NCBI GenBank assembly: GCA_964057225.1
Contig: OZ059899.1
Location: 5,952,001 to 6,016,000, forward strand
Reading direction: 5' to 3'
From: Auanema rhodensis
Taxonomy: Eukaryota > Animalia > Nematoda
DNA: 64,000 nt
Notes under the pieces: model-generated
The model's database searches: none
What the model was told of the DNA's origin: nothing
Seen by the model: the letters and a program-made list of their open reading frames with translations, nothing else
Shown here: piece by piece, positions 40,445 through 60,367 of the stretch
How the letters are laid out: the number at the start of each line of letters is the position of its first letter
Position numbering within the stretch: the stretch's first letter is position 1
Position numbers and translations under genes: made by a program

Positions 40445-43400
40445 GCTTGACTGCAGATGGAAGACGGGTCACGAAGATTGGATACACACAAAGAAGTATG
40501 AATATAGAGACGGATACACGGAAAATTAGTCGGCTTTCAATGAAATCTAGCAGAAAATCTGTAAATGGCTTATATAAGCGAGTGCATTGAATCTTGCATA
40601 AACGAAACTATATGAGGACAAAACTGTGAAAATTAAAATAGATATGAAACACAAATTCTTTAGGTTGAATTGTATCTTTCTGAATGACCCAGTGTTAGAT
40701 TTAGCACGAAAACTCTTAAGGAAAGACTATTGAGGTTAGAGGTAATTATACTTTTCTTGGAGGTCAAAAAGCAAAGAAGTGAAGATAGCTAATATAATAC
40801 GATGCTCTATAATGACGATTCGTTGCCAGAATAACGTCCAAATAAGCAAATCTAGTGTTTTAGGCAATTATTTTTTTTAAAAAGCTCAAGACTTTTAAAG
40901 GTATACACGGCTGGTGCATAACTCTTCTGGGTCTATAAATGTGTGAAAAAGTAAAAATTAGTCGATTTGTCGGTGTGCAAGACTGGTGATTCGCAGAAGT
41001 GCTAGGACCCTGATGAATCGCCGACCGTTGGATGCTGGACCGGTCACATCAAAGAAACACCGGACAGCCCTACTTCATTGGAAAGTCAACAGAACTAAGC
41101 TTGGCAGTGGAATGGCTTTTAGAATAATCAAAATATTGAAGAATGAGAACAAAACAATGGCTATGACGATTTCGGTAGAACATTGAACATTGACAGATGT
41201 ATAGTAAGTAAGCTTTAGATAACTGGGAAAAGACAGAACGATCACAACGATAAGAAGCTAAGTGGCTTTTGACAGCATTTCAAAAAAGCTCTACACTACT
41301 GACAGCCTTTGCTCGCATTCGCTCAAAGTAGGGAGAAAAACTTAGAGAAGTGAATATAAGAGGACAAGGGCAATGAGTGGAAAAACGTTCTTCCGGCTGG
41401 TCAATCTAGGAAACAATTATGCGTCAAAGGTGGACTTCAAACGAGATATGTGCTATAGATCTTTTGAAATTTTGAGCAGCTCAAGTTTTTAACATGTTAG
41501 CTAAAACAAAAAGCTGAAGCATGAACAATGCAACAGATTCATTCAGGTATAAAAGCAAACATACAAACATGCTTGTTCACATTGCATTTAATTAATAAAA
41601 TGAGTTATTCTTATGTATGCACAAGAAGGAACAAATATATCTACAAAGTAATTTGGTAATGTAACACTACTCAACAAAAGAACCTGAATTAAATCATCAG
41701 GTGACCTTTTTATGATATTGTCATGGTTGTAAACTAAAACATTCATGAAAAATAAACTTCAAATTCAATTGTATAAAACATCAGTGAATATGAACGTTGG
41801 TTTATTTCTGAAGAAAGAACATTTTTTAAAATAAAAATACAAAAGGAATACGTGTGAAAAATGAAATTTAAAACGCCACCGAAAACAATTTCCAAGCGTT
41901 TGAAATACCTGTAAGCTTCAAATTTTCATTCAGAAAAAGAGGATGGCGAAAGTGTTTGAGTATACAAAACAATCTTCGCTACTGATGGTCAATTGGTAAG
42001 AAAAAAATCGTGGAAATAGACTAAAGCTTTTGTAAAAAGTATTAGGGGTGGGACCTGTAGTGACCGTTGAGCAATGCTATTCGTTTTTCGCCTGCTTTCT
42101 CGAACAGCTAAGCTGCTAAAACGCACACGGTTTCACCAAGCATCCGATTGAGTTGAAAGTCAATGGGTCGCTTCGGGAACAAAAGATGTCCGAAATGAGA
42201 ACAGAGAATAGATAAAAGAAAAATATGAGATACTAAGAAGGTCGATGGTGGGTGAAAAAAAGCAAGATGAGAAGAACTAAAAGAAGAAGCTCCAGAGGTA
42301 TTAAAATGAGCTGATCACTTATTTGTTTTTTTTTAACGCAAAATGATAAAAACGGACAAAGAGAGGCTAATAGATTATATTTAGTGCAGCAGTGTCTGAT
42401 ATTAGAAGAGTGTGAACAAACTAATCATATTAATTTGGGTTGTAAAAGAAGATAATTCAGAGAATCGTGAAAACGATTTTCATTCTATGAAGGTTGAAGA
42501 CATTTGAAAATCATTGTAACATGTGCACAAAACCCGTTGAATAGAGCTTCAAGGGTGAGGGAAGAAGCGCTCTGGTCAATCCCAAACATCGACTGAGATG
42601 CTCTTCAAAATTGAAACGATTTCAAGTGTATTTCCTGTATTTGAGAAAGCACATGAATAGTCCAGAACTGGTAAGACAATCGAAAAAACCGGAACGTTAT
42701 TATGCTCGGGAAAGCAAGAGGATGTAGGCAATTGATATAGGGCGAAGAAGAAACAAATTGATGTATCACAACTATTCCGGAAAGGAAAAATAAAAAAATC
42801 CTATTCTAAACTTCATATGCTTCAAACATTTGAAGTAGACGATGTTTTTAAAATAATGTCTTAGAAACAAACATATTTAAAATTTTATTTAAATATTTTA
42901 TACTATGAAAGTAATTTTGTTTAGCAAATGCTTCAAGTAATGAGTAATAACTATAAATGATTGAAGAAGGAATTAATCGTTTCCTTCCTCTGTCATAGTT
43001 AGCTTTCATCTCTGTAAGTAAAGCTATATGAATGACAGATGAAACTTAAGGATGGAGAAGGCGAAGAGAAGCAAAAGAAACAAAGTGGAGGAGAAACGGG
43101 TCAATTGAGACGATACATAAGGACGTGACGAAGGAAAAACTTTCTGATTAAAAGAAATAACCAAGATAGCTTCTTCAAACTGAGGAGAAATGCTGGGAAT
43201 ATACGGCAATAGCTGTCAGCAGACAATTCACTTGAAGATCTATTTGTATCTATAAGATTTTGAAAGTTCCTAAATTTTTCAGACATGTCAAATACCAAAT
43301 TGTGAAAAACGATAAGATATCTTCGAAATACGGCACAAATAATGAAATTTGGTAAACAAATAGCTGATAAAAATAAAAAATAGCTAAGCATAAAAGAAAC

Positions 43401-44333
43401 CTGAGAATTGGTCGGCTAGGATAGTCAATTGGAAAGGTTGATTTCTCATTTTTTTTTTAGATCCAAATCTTGTTCTAAAACCTGCTCATAACGATATAAT
43501 CAATTTGCAATGAGAATTAGAGAAATCAGTTGACCACAAATCTCCCTAATGGATACTGCAAAGCAGAATACATCCTGCTGACACCGAACAAGTACATAAA
43601 CAATATCATATAGTCAAGCACATCTTTATACCAAAAAAGGTACATGTAGAGATCAAAGAAGCATAAACAGCATATATTTTAAAGTTTATGTTAAACGAGG
43701 CTCTTTAGGACGTTCATGCGGAAACAAGAAGCATTAGAATATTGCTTAGACGACAGATACAACAAGAAATTAACAAGGATAACAAACAAATAATTGCAAA
43801 TAAATTAATAAAAACCTGTAAACTAATAGCATAATGCTTTGTAAAGGCTTCACCCACTGTTGAAACCTGGGAGCACAAGTTTTTAGCAAGAATCCGTATT
43901 AAAACTAGCTAATTACAGAAGAAGCATGATAGAAACCGGAATTATAGAACCAAAGTAGAATGATATCACTGACAAAAAAGAAGAAAATTTCAATAGATAC
44001 TGGGAAATCTCAATGTGGATATTGACTAAACAATGAAAAGTTAGAGTGGGGAGACACTCGTATGGTCAGAATAAGGCACACATATGGAGGAAAAGAGATA
44101 CACAATAATGTTTGCTATGTGCTTCCTTCTATTAGTAGCACATAACAACGCACGAATAGATAGAGAGTAATATTTATATAGAAGGAAGGAGTAAAAGAAC
44201 AAGAGTATAGAGTAGGTCCATGTCCTCATAAATACTTATACTAGTCTTGACAATTTCATAACGATCTCTTTGTAAATGGATATGATTTTGAATTACTGGC
44301 ATCCTCAGGCTATCCATTGTATACCCTATTAAG

Positions 44334-50089
<5,756 letters not shown>

Positions 50090-50775
50090 TTCGAACTGTA
50101 ATGTATAATTTATTAAAAAAAACTTAAAATAAAAGATTGTTAAATATTTCAGGACGAGTAACCAGAAATTACAAAATAAAAAATATTTTTTGTTCATATT
50201 TATTGAATAATGGTTTACATGATCATACATTGATACATTTGAAAAAAAGTATTTCAAGACAAAAATCAGAGAAGAACACTGGTTTCAGAAAAATCAAATA
50301 AACTTTTCAGTTCATTCATGGAACTTTTAAAGCACAGTATCTGAAATATAGCATTGATATGAAAAATCACTAATTATTATTACATTTACTAGAATAGGTT
50401 CAGAGCAAACTTTTTTTCTTTCAAATTACCCTTAGCTTCACATTTCATTTTTGTAACTCGACCAACCATATATTTAAAAAAAATGTTATTGATTTAATGC
50501 AGCTAAGAAATCAAACGCTTTTGGAACTTCTCATTAAGGTTATTATATTTTTTTTAAATATTGGCAATAAATGATTGCGCGTGTAGGTTTCACTCGTAAG
50601 ATTCATGATACATCAAACTAAAAGATGGATAAAAACGAACGACAAAGCTACATCACAATCATTCCGTTTGCTATAAAATTAATGTTAAATTTGACCTCCC
50701 TTCCAAAAAACATTCCATTTGGGCATAGTTTTTTATGTTTCATCCTGTCACAAGCTTTTCAGTACCAAAGGCAAA

Positions 50776-50856
50776 CTGTGACCTGTGAAAACAAAAACGG
50801 ACATTGAATACAACAGGAAAACGGGTTTCAGTATAAAAACATTAATCGTATATAAG
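50776..50856 (+). promoter_or_regulatory. Collagen copy 2 proximal promoter (CTGTGACC, AACGGGTTT, TATAA)
   Basis: Motifs are shared with the copy 1 promoter while the surrounding sequence has diverged. Confidence 0.55.
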
Positions 50857-50893
50857 GAATCCGTCAAGAACAGAACAATATCATTTCAGTAAC

Positions 50894-51913
50894 ATGGACT
50901 ACGATTCTAAAATCACGGTAACAGTTACAAATACACTTTTTAGCTCCAACATTATTTTCCAGGCTTATCGCTTCGTCGGCTATGCTGCTGTTTCTTTCTC
51001 TGTAATCTCTGTTCTCTCCATCTGCATTACCTTGCCAATGGTACAAAATTATGTTGACGACTACAGAAGCCATGTCAACGCTGAACTTCGCCAATGTCAG
51101 ATGTCTACAGAAAACATCTTGAACTCAGCTTTAAACGTGAGAATATCCTCTTAACTGTAGAATATACAGAATTGCTTTTAGGTAGCACCACATAACCGTA
51201 CTGCTCGTCACGCTACCATGGCACAAAAGGTTAACTACAACACATATTCTGCTTCTTACGGATCACCAGCTGCTGTTATGGAGTATGAAGAACAACAGTG
51301 TAATGGATGCTGCTTGCCAGGAGCTCCAGGACCACAAGGACGTCCAGGAACTCCAGGAACCCCAGGACGCCCAGGAGCTGCTGGACTTCCAGGAAACCCA
51401 GGAAAACCACCACAACAACCATGTGAGCCACTAACTCCACCACCATGCAAGCCATGCCCACAAGGACCAGCTGGAGCTCCAGGAGCCCCAGGACCACGCG
51501 GAAATCCAGGAGTTCCAGGAACCCCAGGACAAAAGGGACCAGACGGAGAGAGAGGACAACCAGGACCAAGAGGAACTGATGGACACCCAGGAGCCCCAGG
51601 AGCCCCAGGAGCTAAGGGACATCCAGGAGCCCCAGCTCCACACGGAACACCAAAGCCAGGAGCTCCAGGAGCCCCAGGACCAAAGGGACAACCAGGACCA
51701 CGTGGGCCAGCTGGACACCCAGGAAAGGACGGTTCCCCAGGAGCCCCAGGAGAGAAGGGACCAAGCGGTCAACCAGGAGCCCCAGGAAATGACGGAATTC
51801 CAGGAGAGCCAGGAATGCCAGGAAAAGACGGAGTCGAAGGAGAGAAGGGAATCTGCCCCAAGTACTGTGCCCTCGACGGAGGAATCTTCTTCGATGACGG
51901 AAGCCGCCGTTAA
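50894..51913 (+). CDS. Nematode cuticle collagen (copy 2), paralog of 48278-49324
   Basis: Same three-exon structure. The Gly-X-Y and C-terminal region is essentially identical to copy 1. Confidence 0.95.
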
Positions 51914-52237
51914 AGAATTCGTTATGTTTATGTTTGAAATAATAAAAATGAGTAACAATCGCTTACTGCTATTGAATAATTATAAGTTAGTGAAAGATCT
52001 TGCATTCTATAACACAACATTAGAAAAGGTGTGCAAAAACATGAACGATAAATTAGGAATTAAACCCAAGTGTAAAAGTATAATAACTAATAAAATTCTT
52101 CTATCACATGCTAAAACCAACAAGACCGAAAAATATAATACAAATCTATAATGTATCACAGTGGGGTAATAATTAATTAACTTCATAATAAATTAACATT
52201 CTTATATACAAATGATATGTTAGATTAACTAAGTAAT

Positions 52238-55200
52238 TTAGTATGAAACCGCGGATCCAAGACCAGTCCATTGATCAGGCACAACAGGAAAATATGTATC
52301 TATTGCTTCAGAAAATCTTAAACAAAGCGTATTATTTGATATTATTGATACTAGATAGTCTAGATACCTTGTACAATATAATTCAGGACTAAGAATAGTA
52401 GGAAGGTGAGCACCAGGAATCGCGACAATTTTCACCCATGATTCCAGTTTCTAAAAATTACATTTTATAAAAGCATCGTATGAAATACACTAACCTTATC
52501 CAAGGTATAAGTACGCATGTAATCTACGATACCTAAAATCAACTGCCCGTTTGTTTCATCAACACCTACTAGTAAGGAATAGTCCATAACATGCTGAAAC
52601 AAAACAGTTGGATGTCATATTGTGATAAAGTGATACCTGAGCAGATAAAAAGTGACTGTCATTCGAAATTGCTTGATTTAAAGCAGCTTTTGAATGTGGA
52701 TAAACATACAACTGATTATTCCACAAATCACTCATTAAGTTCTCATCCAACAAAACATCGTTAGGATTATTACCTCCTGTGTTAGCTAATCTGAAATTAA
52801 ACGAAAATACAGTTGCATTACATCGTTTGAAATATGTATTCTCCCTCAGTTCAAAATTCAGAAACAATAATGCAAGATTATATGGTGAATTCTCACCTAT
52901 TACGTAGTGAACCTTTCAAATCCCAAACACGATCAACGTTATGCTTATAAAAAAGGTATTCCATTACCAGAATATCAACTTTTAGTTGAGTGGTCTTACT
53001 CTTAACACCAACTCGGAAAACTCCATGAACCTTAAATCACGAATATTGTTTGAAGATTACAAATATTAGATAATTTTCACCTTACAAAGAGTAGTTAACT
53101 TTTGCTCTGTTACAGCAGTTTTTATATATTCAAAATAATTTGGAGCAAACTTGACAAATGATTGTATTTCAAATCTGCTCATTTGCTTCACAATAAATCT
53201 ATCATCTTGAGTTCGATAAAAAAATGAACCAGATTTTCCACCCTTTAATAAAATTAAAATATTCATATGCACGACACTATTTGAAACCTGGGGAGTCCAA
53301 AATGTTGTTTGGCTAAGAGATCGAATAAAAGCATCTTCTCCTTCTGCTACCAAAAGCTTCCTTAGCAAACGGAATCTTTCCGCAAAATAAGCCTGAATAT
53401 AAAACTCCATATTGGATTCATTAAAAATTGTAACCTTAACGTAATAAGCAGTTGACTGATCTTCGAATTCGATCTCGAGATGTTCAGCAGCTAATGATGC
53501 TTCATTTTGTGGCAAAGAAGAAGAATTCAAGTTTAATGGAATATCTTCAGCTCCTGCTGCAGACCTCGCACGAAGTCTACCATCTTCATAATTTGACGAG
53601 GAAAGCGCATACGCTATTATACTTCCAATATCCGGCTTGTAAACACCGCGATTATCCTTCAAACATTTGATATGAGTACCAAAACAAAAACCAAACTACC
53701 TGAATATCGCGAACAACAACACCAACATTCGGTTGCAACTTCAATCCAAGATGTAAATATGAGGGAAGTGGGTTATCAATCTTTTCAAGCAAAATTTCAT
53801 TGATCTAGAAATTTTTTTTCAAAGGATAAAGATATCCAATCTCTTACCTCACTACCAGGTATATCTTCCTTTTTAAGAGCACGCATGGAAGCAGCAAAAA
53901 CGTTGCATTGATCATTCCATGTTGTAATCAAATTATAGATGCCTTCGCGGATATACATCATAGTTTCATTAGCTTTAACAGCGTATAAATCGTTAGATGG
54001 TACAATCTGACGCTCCAATTGATATAATGTTTCAGCATATACCTTGTGCTTTCTGAATAAAAATGAATTACCACTGAATTGAAAAAAAAATATACCCGAT
54101 GACTTGAAGAGTATTTTCTACAATCTGTCGTAGAACAGTATGATATGTAACACCATACTGTGCGAAATTATCATGCTGTACAAACACATTTAACCTATCC
54201 TCAGCTAGTTTAACCATATCTTCAGCTAATGCAGCCATTCTTAAATATAAAACTATGAAGATATAAAATGTGAATAAACCTTGTAACACCATCGATTAAC
54301 GCTTGTCGACTAAATTGCTGAGGAATAATTCTACATATAACAGGTGAGAATTGAACATCGAAGGGACGAATCTGGATAATTTCTTTATATTTTTAAAATT
54401 ACTTTTTTAACTTACAGGTGTCACTTTGAAGGTCGTTACGAAGTTCTGTTGTGAAAAGAAATGAGTATGTTGATGGAAAAAGCAATGGTCACATTGATTT
54501 TGTGATGGTGAGGAAATAGAACCCTATTAATGGAAAATAGATGTGAAAAACAAAACTTATAAATATACCTTGCTAAATGAAGAATTTGCCAAATAATCAA
54601 GATATTTTCCAAATGATAAGTGCCAGACAGGAGAAGTCATAGACTGAACTGGGGAGGAAGCCTTACAGCTTAAAATAAAACAATGATTGTCTAAATGAAA
54701 TAAAACGAACATTGCGCAATAATTCCAACAAAGAATTTGTCCATTGGTATTAGATATCGAAGGATCCTCGTTAGTACCGTTTTGGACTACGAACTGCGTT
54801 GAAACCTCCACGCAAATTCGTCCATACACTAACTTTCGAGAATGATCGAGCATAGGAACTTCACAATTATTAGAAGGACATTCGTAAGACTTATTGAAAC
54901 AATACCTAAATATTGGATTTTAAAAATCTTTTAACCTATTTTTCTAACTTTGTTAAAAACTCTCCTAATGTCATATCATGACTGCCGTAAAATTCTATGC
55001 TTAGCACCCAAGGTCGAACGCAGAATGAAGGAGCATTAGGAGATTTAGGAGAAAAGGAGCCAAATAAAACAGCTACTCTTTGATGTACGATTGGGCACAA
55101 CACATTGTTGAAACGTAGTCGATCCATACTCTATATATTATTATGTTGTAAGGTATGAATTATAAAAAATACCGCTCGTCTGCCAGGACATGCAACTTGC

Positions 55201-58200
55201 TTAGGCATGGAAAAAATGCGTTTTCGGAATACTCTTCCTCCCAAAGCACGATAAGCAGCTACATTATCGACAAGATGTTTACTCGATGAGTTTTTGATAA
55301 AGTCATGTCTTGGATAAGATGGAGGACGAATCTATAAAAAAAAAACAAAATAAAAATGAAATCAATTATTTTATTCAAAACTCACAGGTTTATCCATTTC
55401 CTCTTTCTCTCTAACATCTTTCTCTTCATCATTAGCAATTTCTTTAAAATCTTCCTCAACACCAAATCGATAGAGTGGTTGCTTAAAATATGGTAAGAGG
55501 GTGCAGTTTCTGTAACATTTTATATTATAATTCATCTCTGAGTTGTGAAACAGTAAACTAACCGGCCACGAATAGTTTCTAAGAATGGTGGCTCAAAACG
55601 TATGAAAGGAGATAATTCTAATATACTGTCTGATAAAGCAAGTTCAAATTTGGACTAAATATAAAGAAAAATTAACTTAATTTAAACTTAAATAGTACCT
55701 GTTCTACATTATTGTCAATGTTTTCAGCTCTTGTTAAACAAACATCACAATTGCATTCCTCATTAACAGATATGCGACAACTAAAAAATGTAATTTGGGA
55801 AAAACTCGAGCATCAAAATTACCCGAAAAGTGATAAGAAAGATTTTTCCAATTTTGAAGAATAAATTAAAGAAATCATAAAATGGAGAACACGCTTCACA
55901 GCTCGAAGCTCTCGCATATCGTTTCCTTTCAATAATACAGAGCATCCTCTTTCTGGTGGGCAGTCGTTGAATATCTAGATTTGGAACTTAAAGAAGGAGT
56001 AAAAAAAAAGTTACTAAGAGTATTTTCTTTCGACCGTTCTTGAGATTCACTGTAATTTGCTTGAAAACTGGGCAGAATCCAATATTTTGTTGTATGAGTT
56101 GGGCATCAGACGATGGCAAAATATCAGCTCCAGTAGACCGGGCAACTCTACGTAGTACACTGGAAAAAATCGAAAAGAAAATAAGAAAACATTAAAAAAC
56201 AATACTTTTTTTTAACATTGATGACAACTGCAACCCCTGCTTTATGTAAAAGTTGAGCTGCAACCCTAGATACTACACCTTCAACTAAGAGAAGGGATGG
56301 TCTTCTGGATAAAATACGATCAACCTAATACGTAGAAAAGAAAGCTATATTTGTTTAGTTGAAAATTACTTGTTTAGAGAGAAATTCTGATTCCTGGCAA
56401 ATTATAGGTTCAATCGATGATAATTTATCCTGAACTCTTTCATATTCAATAGAGCCAGCAACAATCATAACAGAAGCATTTTGAAGCTCCGAGCTCATTG
56501 AGCTATGAATGACAGATTTTGTTGAAACAACTCCCCACAATGTCTAACACAGAAAAAAATATTATTGAATATATTTTTTAAAAAAACCTCCGCAGTAGGA
56601 CAACTTGCACTGACATGTAACTTTTTTACATGAACATAAGAAAGAATATTCATCGAATCTTTGGCTTTATCTACGTTTATTCTCAGAGTATGTGAAATAC
56701 GCCTAGCTAGAGTAATCAAAATCGGTTTCCATCTGTAAAAACTGAATATAATAATTTTGTTATTTTCAATTACTAGCCTTTCATCATTTATACATTCCCG
56801 TTGAAACAGATAATCTAACATTTTCTCAGCTCTTTCTTCGAAAGCCCTGTCGATATCTCCATCAAACGCTCTCATATTTTTGCCAATCAAAGGATTAGAT
56901 ATTCTGATATTGTAACAATAATTAATTAAATAGCTGAAAAATAATACTTTCTATCAACGGACTCTCTACTATTTTTGTTCTTTTCGTTCATTTCGAGAGG
57001 AGATATGGAATCAAAGTCAACCGTAGATATTCGAGCTATATCGTCCTGAGGTGGTTCGATGGAAAGCTAAAAAAATATATTCGCATATTGTATTTTTTCG
57101 TCTTACTTCTTCTTTCATGAGATTAGCGGTAGAATTTTGTCCTGAATCCATATTTCTGAACCAATCCGGACCCGACTCTTCTTCTTCACACAAAGAGGAG
57201 CTAGTAAGCTGCAATAAAACAATAATAATGTAAAAAATTTTTAAAAATACGTTTCGTCTGCTTTTATTTAAGGTTCCTTCGTGTTGCGCATATAAATCCT
57301 GAACACTCAATAATGTAAGCGGTTCTTGAGGTACTTTTGGGGGGAAAGAAAGAGAGTTTTCTCTTTCTGGGCTAGAAGCTGATTTCATTTCCGGCGGCCG
57401 AGACCACATCAGACCTCCTAAACTGTTTAAGTATCAAAATTGTTGAAAAAAAAAGCAACCTCCAGAAACTGTAGAAATTACAGCAGATGAAACCGTTTGT
57501 TCAGGTTGCATAGGTTCTTCGGAGACGAAACTAGTTGTTAATACTGGCACAGCTGGAAGACAATGTTTTTATCTTGTTTTTTTGACAGTTAGACTGATGA
57601 CTTACAAGGTGCTGTCATTTCCTCCGATCCATGCCGCATATCAGCATCAGATGGTAAGTATTGAGCCATCATTTTTGCACAATATTCGCATAATCTTAAA
57701 TCGCCAGTATATCCTGAAACATACATTCGTTTTCAAGGTATGCGTTGCCTCTTATATACCTAAAGTAGCTCCAGGAACGTGTATATTACAGCATTTAGAG
57801 CAGAAAATTTGCCCACAAAGTCTGCAGTGATGCCTTCTTCTAAAATATTTTTTGTTTTATATTTCATATTATGTCCTCTGGCATTAATACCTCAAAGTTG
57901 TAAATCTCTCTTCACATTGATAGCATTCCTTACCAGTAGAGTCAGGCATCCAATACTGCTCTGAAGTATAAGCTATATTGAGTTAGATTATTCCCAACTA
58001 ACTAAAAGAGCTTCGATTATAGTCAACAAGCCCCCGTGATGGTTTGGGGTTTCCTCCTTTGAAGATACTTGTCAACTTACGAGGTAGCATTCGTTTAACC
58101 TTATCAGAATCCTGGCTCCCTGAAGAAATAATACTAGCAAAATCATGCAAAACTAACTAACCAATGCTAACATTGTCCGGAGCTATATTATTAGAATTCG

Positions 58201-58545
58201 ATGAGGTAGATTCAATGTTATCGTTGACCTTCAAAAGTATTTTCAACAACATCAGTGATATTTATGAAAAATACCTCTTTTCTGTTTTCTGCATCGCCAG
58301 AAGTTTGATTGGAAGAAATTGATGACGACGGAACATTTTGTTCCACAGCAGGTGCCCCTTCCGATCGCCATAAACGATTAAAAAGCGAAGAAAATACTCC
58401 TGGTGCTTAAATATAATAATGAATCCCGGTACATTTTGATACGATAGCTACCTGTAGTACCAGAATCTTCAAGATCTTCATCCTCTTGTAAACGGGCAAA
58501 GAATGTTATATTGTCACCTACATTGCTAGCAGCGGATTGCTGCAT
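52238..58545 (-). CDS. ppk-3: PIKfyve/Fab1 phosphatidylinositol-3-phosphate 5-kinase
   Basis: FYVE domain (QYWMPDSTGKECYQCEERF..HHCRLCGQIFCSKCC), CCT-like domain (YVHVKK, GVVSTKSVIH), HQRVAVLF, LSFGKYL, and PIPK domain (GGKSGSFFYRTQDDRFIVKQM, DLKGSLRNR, MDYSLLVGVD, GIVDYMRTYTLDK, PTILSPELYCTRF). Ends VPDQWTGLGSAVSY*. Confidence 0.95.
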
Positions 58546-59724
58546 ATAAAGCTACAAGTTTACTTTGTTGTTAGATTAATCAGTCAATTTCTTAAGTATT
58601 CATAGACAAAAAAAAGAAAAAAGCAGGAGCACAAAATATCTGATGAATTTAATAACAATCAGCCATATGCGGTACAAGTATCTTTCATCGAATAATGTCT
58701 TAGTTAAACAAAAACTCTTGAATCTTATTGGTAAAAATAATCAACTAACAGCTATCATAAAATTTCATATCAAGCTTACAATAAATTTTCCAGATTCAAA
58801 CTCCATGAAATTTTTAAACCTTATTAAATTACCATATTCCACAGCACCCTCTATCTTTACGCTATGGTTTTTAAAGGTCTATGTTTTCTCATCAGAGCTC
58901 AACTTGAGGTGAGTACACCATTTCTTTTAATTTGAAATAAATTTTTAATATCAATAATTAGAAAACTAGCCGTTTCAAAATAATTTTGGATAAAATAACT
59001 ATAATAATAAAATGATGGTTTTTTTAATGATGTAATATTTTATTCACTTGCTTACTAAGCGTACTTAGACTTTATTAAACAACTGATCCAAGGATTTTTT
59101 CAACTTTTCATTGTTATACTCGATATTGTTTTTTTTCTTCATTTGAGCTGGTGTATTGAAAGGAGTAGCACTAAAAAATTATGTTCACCATTGTTTTACA
59201 TATTTGAAAACCTGGTAATAAAATGAGTAGAAAAGTCTTGCGGAGAAGTATCATTCTTCGATTTACTTAATTTTATTTTAACAAAGAAAAATATTTTTAC
59301 CTTACCGTGCATTCTGAATCAATTTTTCATTTACTTGTTCAAATATGTTTTTATCCAAAGTTGTCGGCACACCAAAATATTACGATTCATATATATTACT
59401 GATTAATTGTTAATCTTACTCTCTCGGATTCATTGTGTCCAACCGGTTCGATTAAGTAATTTTATGAAAATGAAGCCAATATGTTATTTTGCTTTATTTG
59501 TTCATTGAAGAGTTTTGTTATAAAAGTTCAAGTCTAATTCATTTAATCACAATTCATAGACAAATAAATTTAGCTTCAGTTTAAAATCACTAACATGTCG
59601 CACGTTTATTCAGCTAAAAAACTGAAATACAGAGATCGATATTGAAGTTTGTCACATTGATACTGTTTTAAGGTGACAGAAAAAATTAATGTGGTTTTAA
59701 TTCAGAGTTGAAAGCATATTTTTG

Positions 59725-60367
59725 CTAATATAGGAGTCTCTTCAATCTCGCAATATCTGAAGTTTGATCTCCATTATCACGGTCAGGACGCAGAATGGCA
59801 GCTAATAGACCTTCTCGACGAACTGGTAGTTGACACTGAATCGGTGAAAAGTAGCAATTACGGTACTCGTTTCTTCTGTAAAATAAACATAAATAATTTA
59901 TATAATGTAATTTGTGATAAAATTCAATTACTATAATAAAAATCTAATATTCACCTTTGAGCGAGTACTTCCAATTGAGGTAATTTTTTCCGAAGACTGT
60001 TTGTAACTCTATACCTGTAAACGACATATTTACATTTAATAAATAACATTTGCTGCAATTGGCAAAATAATAAACCATCCATGTTATTAGGTTTTATTTT
60101 ATTTTTATATAATTACATATTATATCAGAAGTTTGGTTATTTTGTTTAAATATCAATAAAAATGCGTGATACTAGAAAATGCCATTGGAATTTATTTAAT
60201 AAAGCAAATATGCAAAAAAAGTTTAGAAAATACCTCATAATTGGATTAATTTTATCAATTTCTTGACGAATCGGTTCTTGATATTCAATATCTTGTGTAC
60301 ATTCAGCAAATGAAACGAAGCAGACCACGATGGCAAAGAGTACAGCCGACATAGTGATGTGACCCAT
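59725..60367 (-). CDS. Neuropeptide precursor encoding an allatostatin-C/somatostatin-like cyclic peptide
   Basis: Three exons (60367-60234, 60014-59955, 59875-59725). Signal peptide MSAVLFAIVVCFVSFAEC, then ...AQRR-NEYRNCYFSPIQCQLPV-RR.... The C-x6-C motif CYFSPIQC resembles AstC CYFNPISC. Confidence 0.85.

Noticed and set aside
40985-41070. Hammerhead ribozyme or C/D snoRNA around CTGATGA
   Set aside because: Hairpins are present, but stem II is not closed next to a GAAA and no proper box C/D arrangement is visible.
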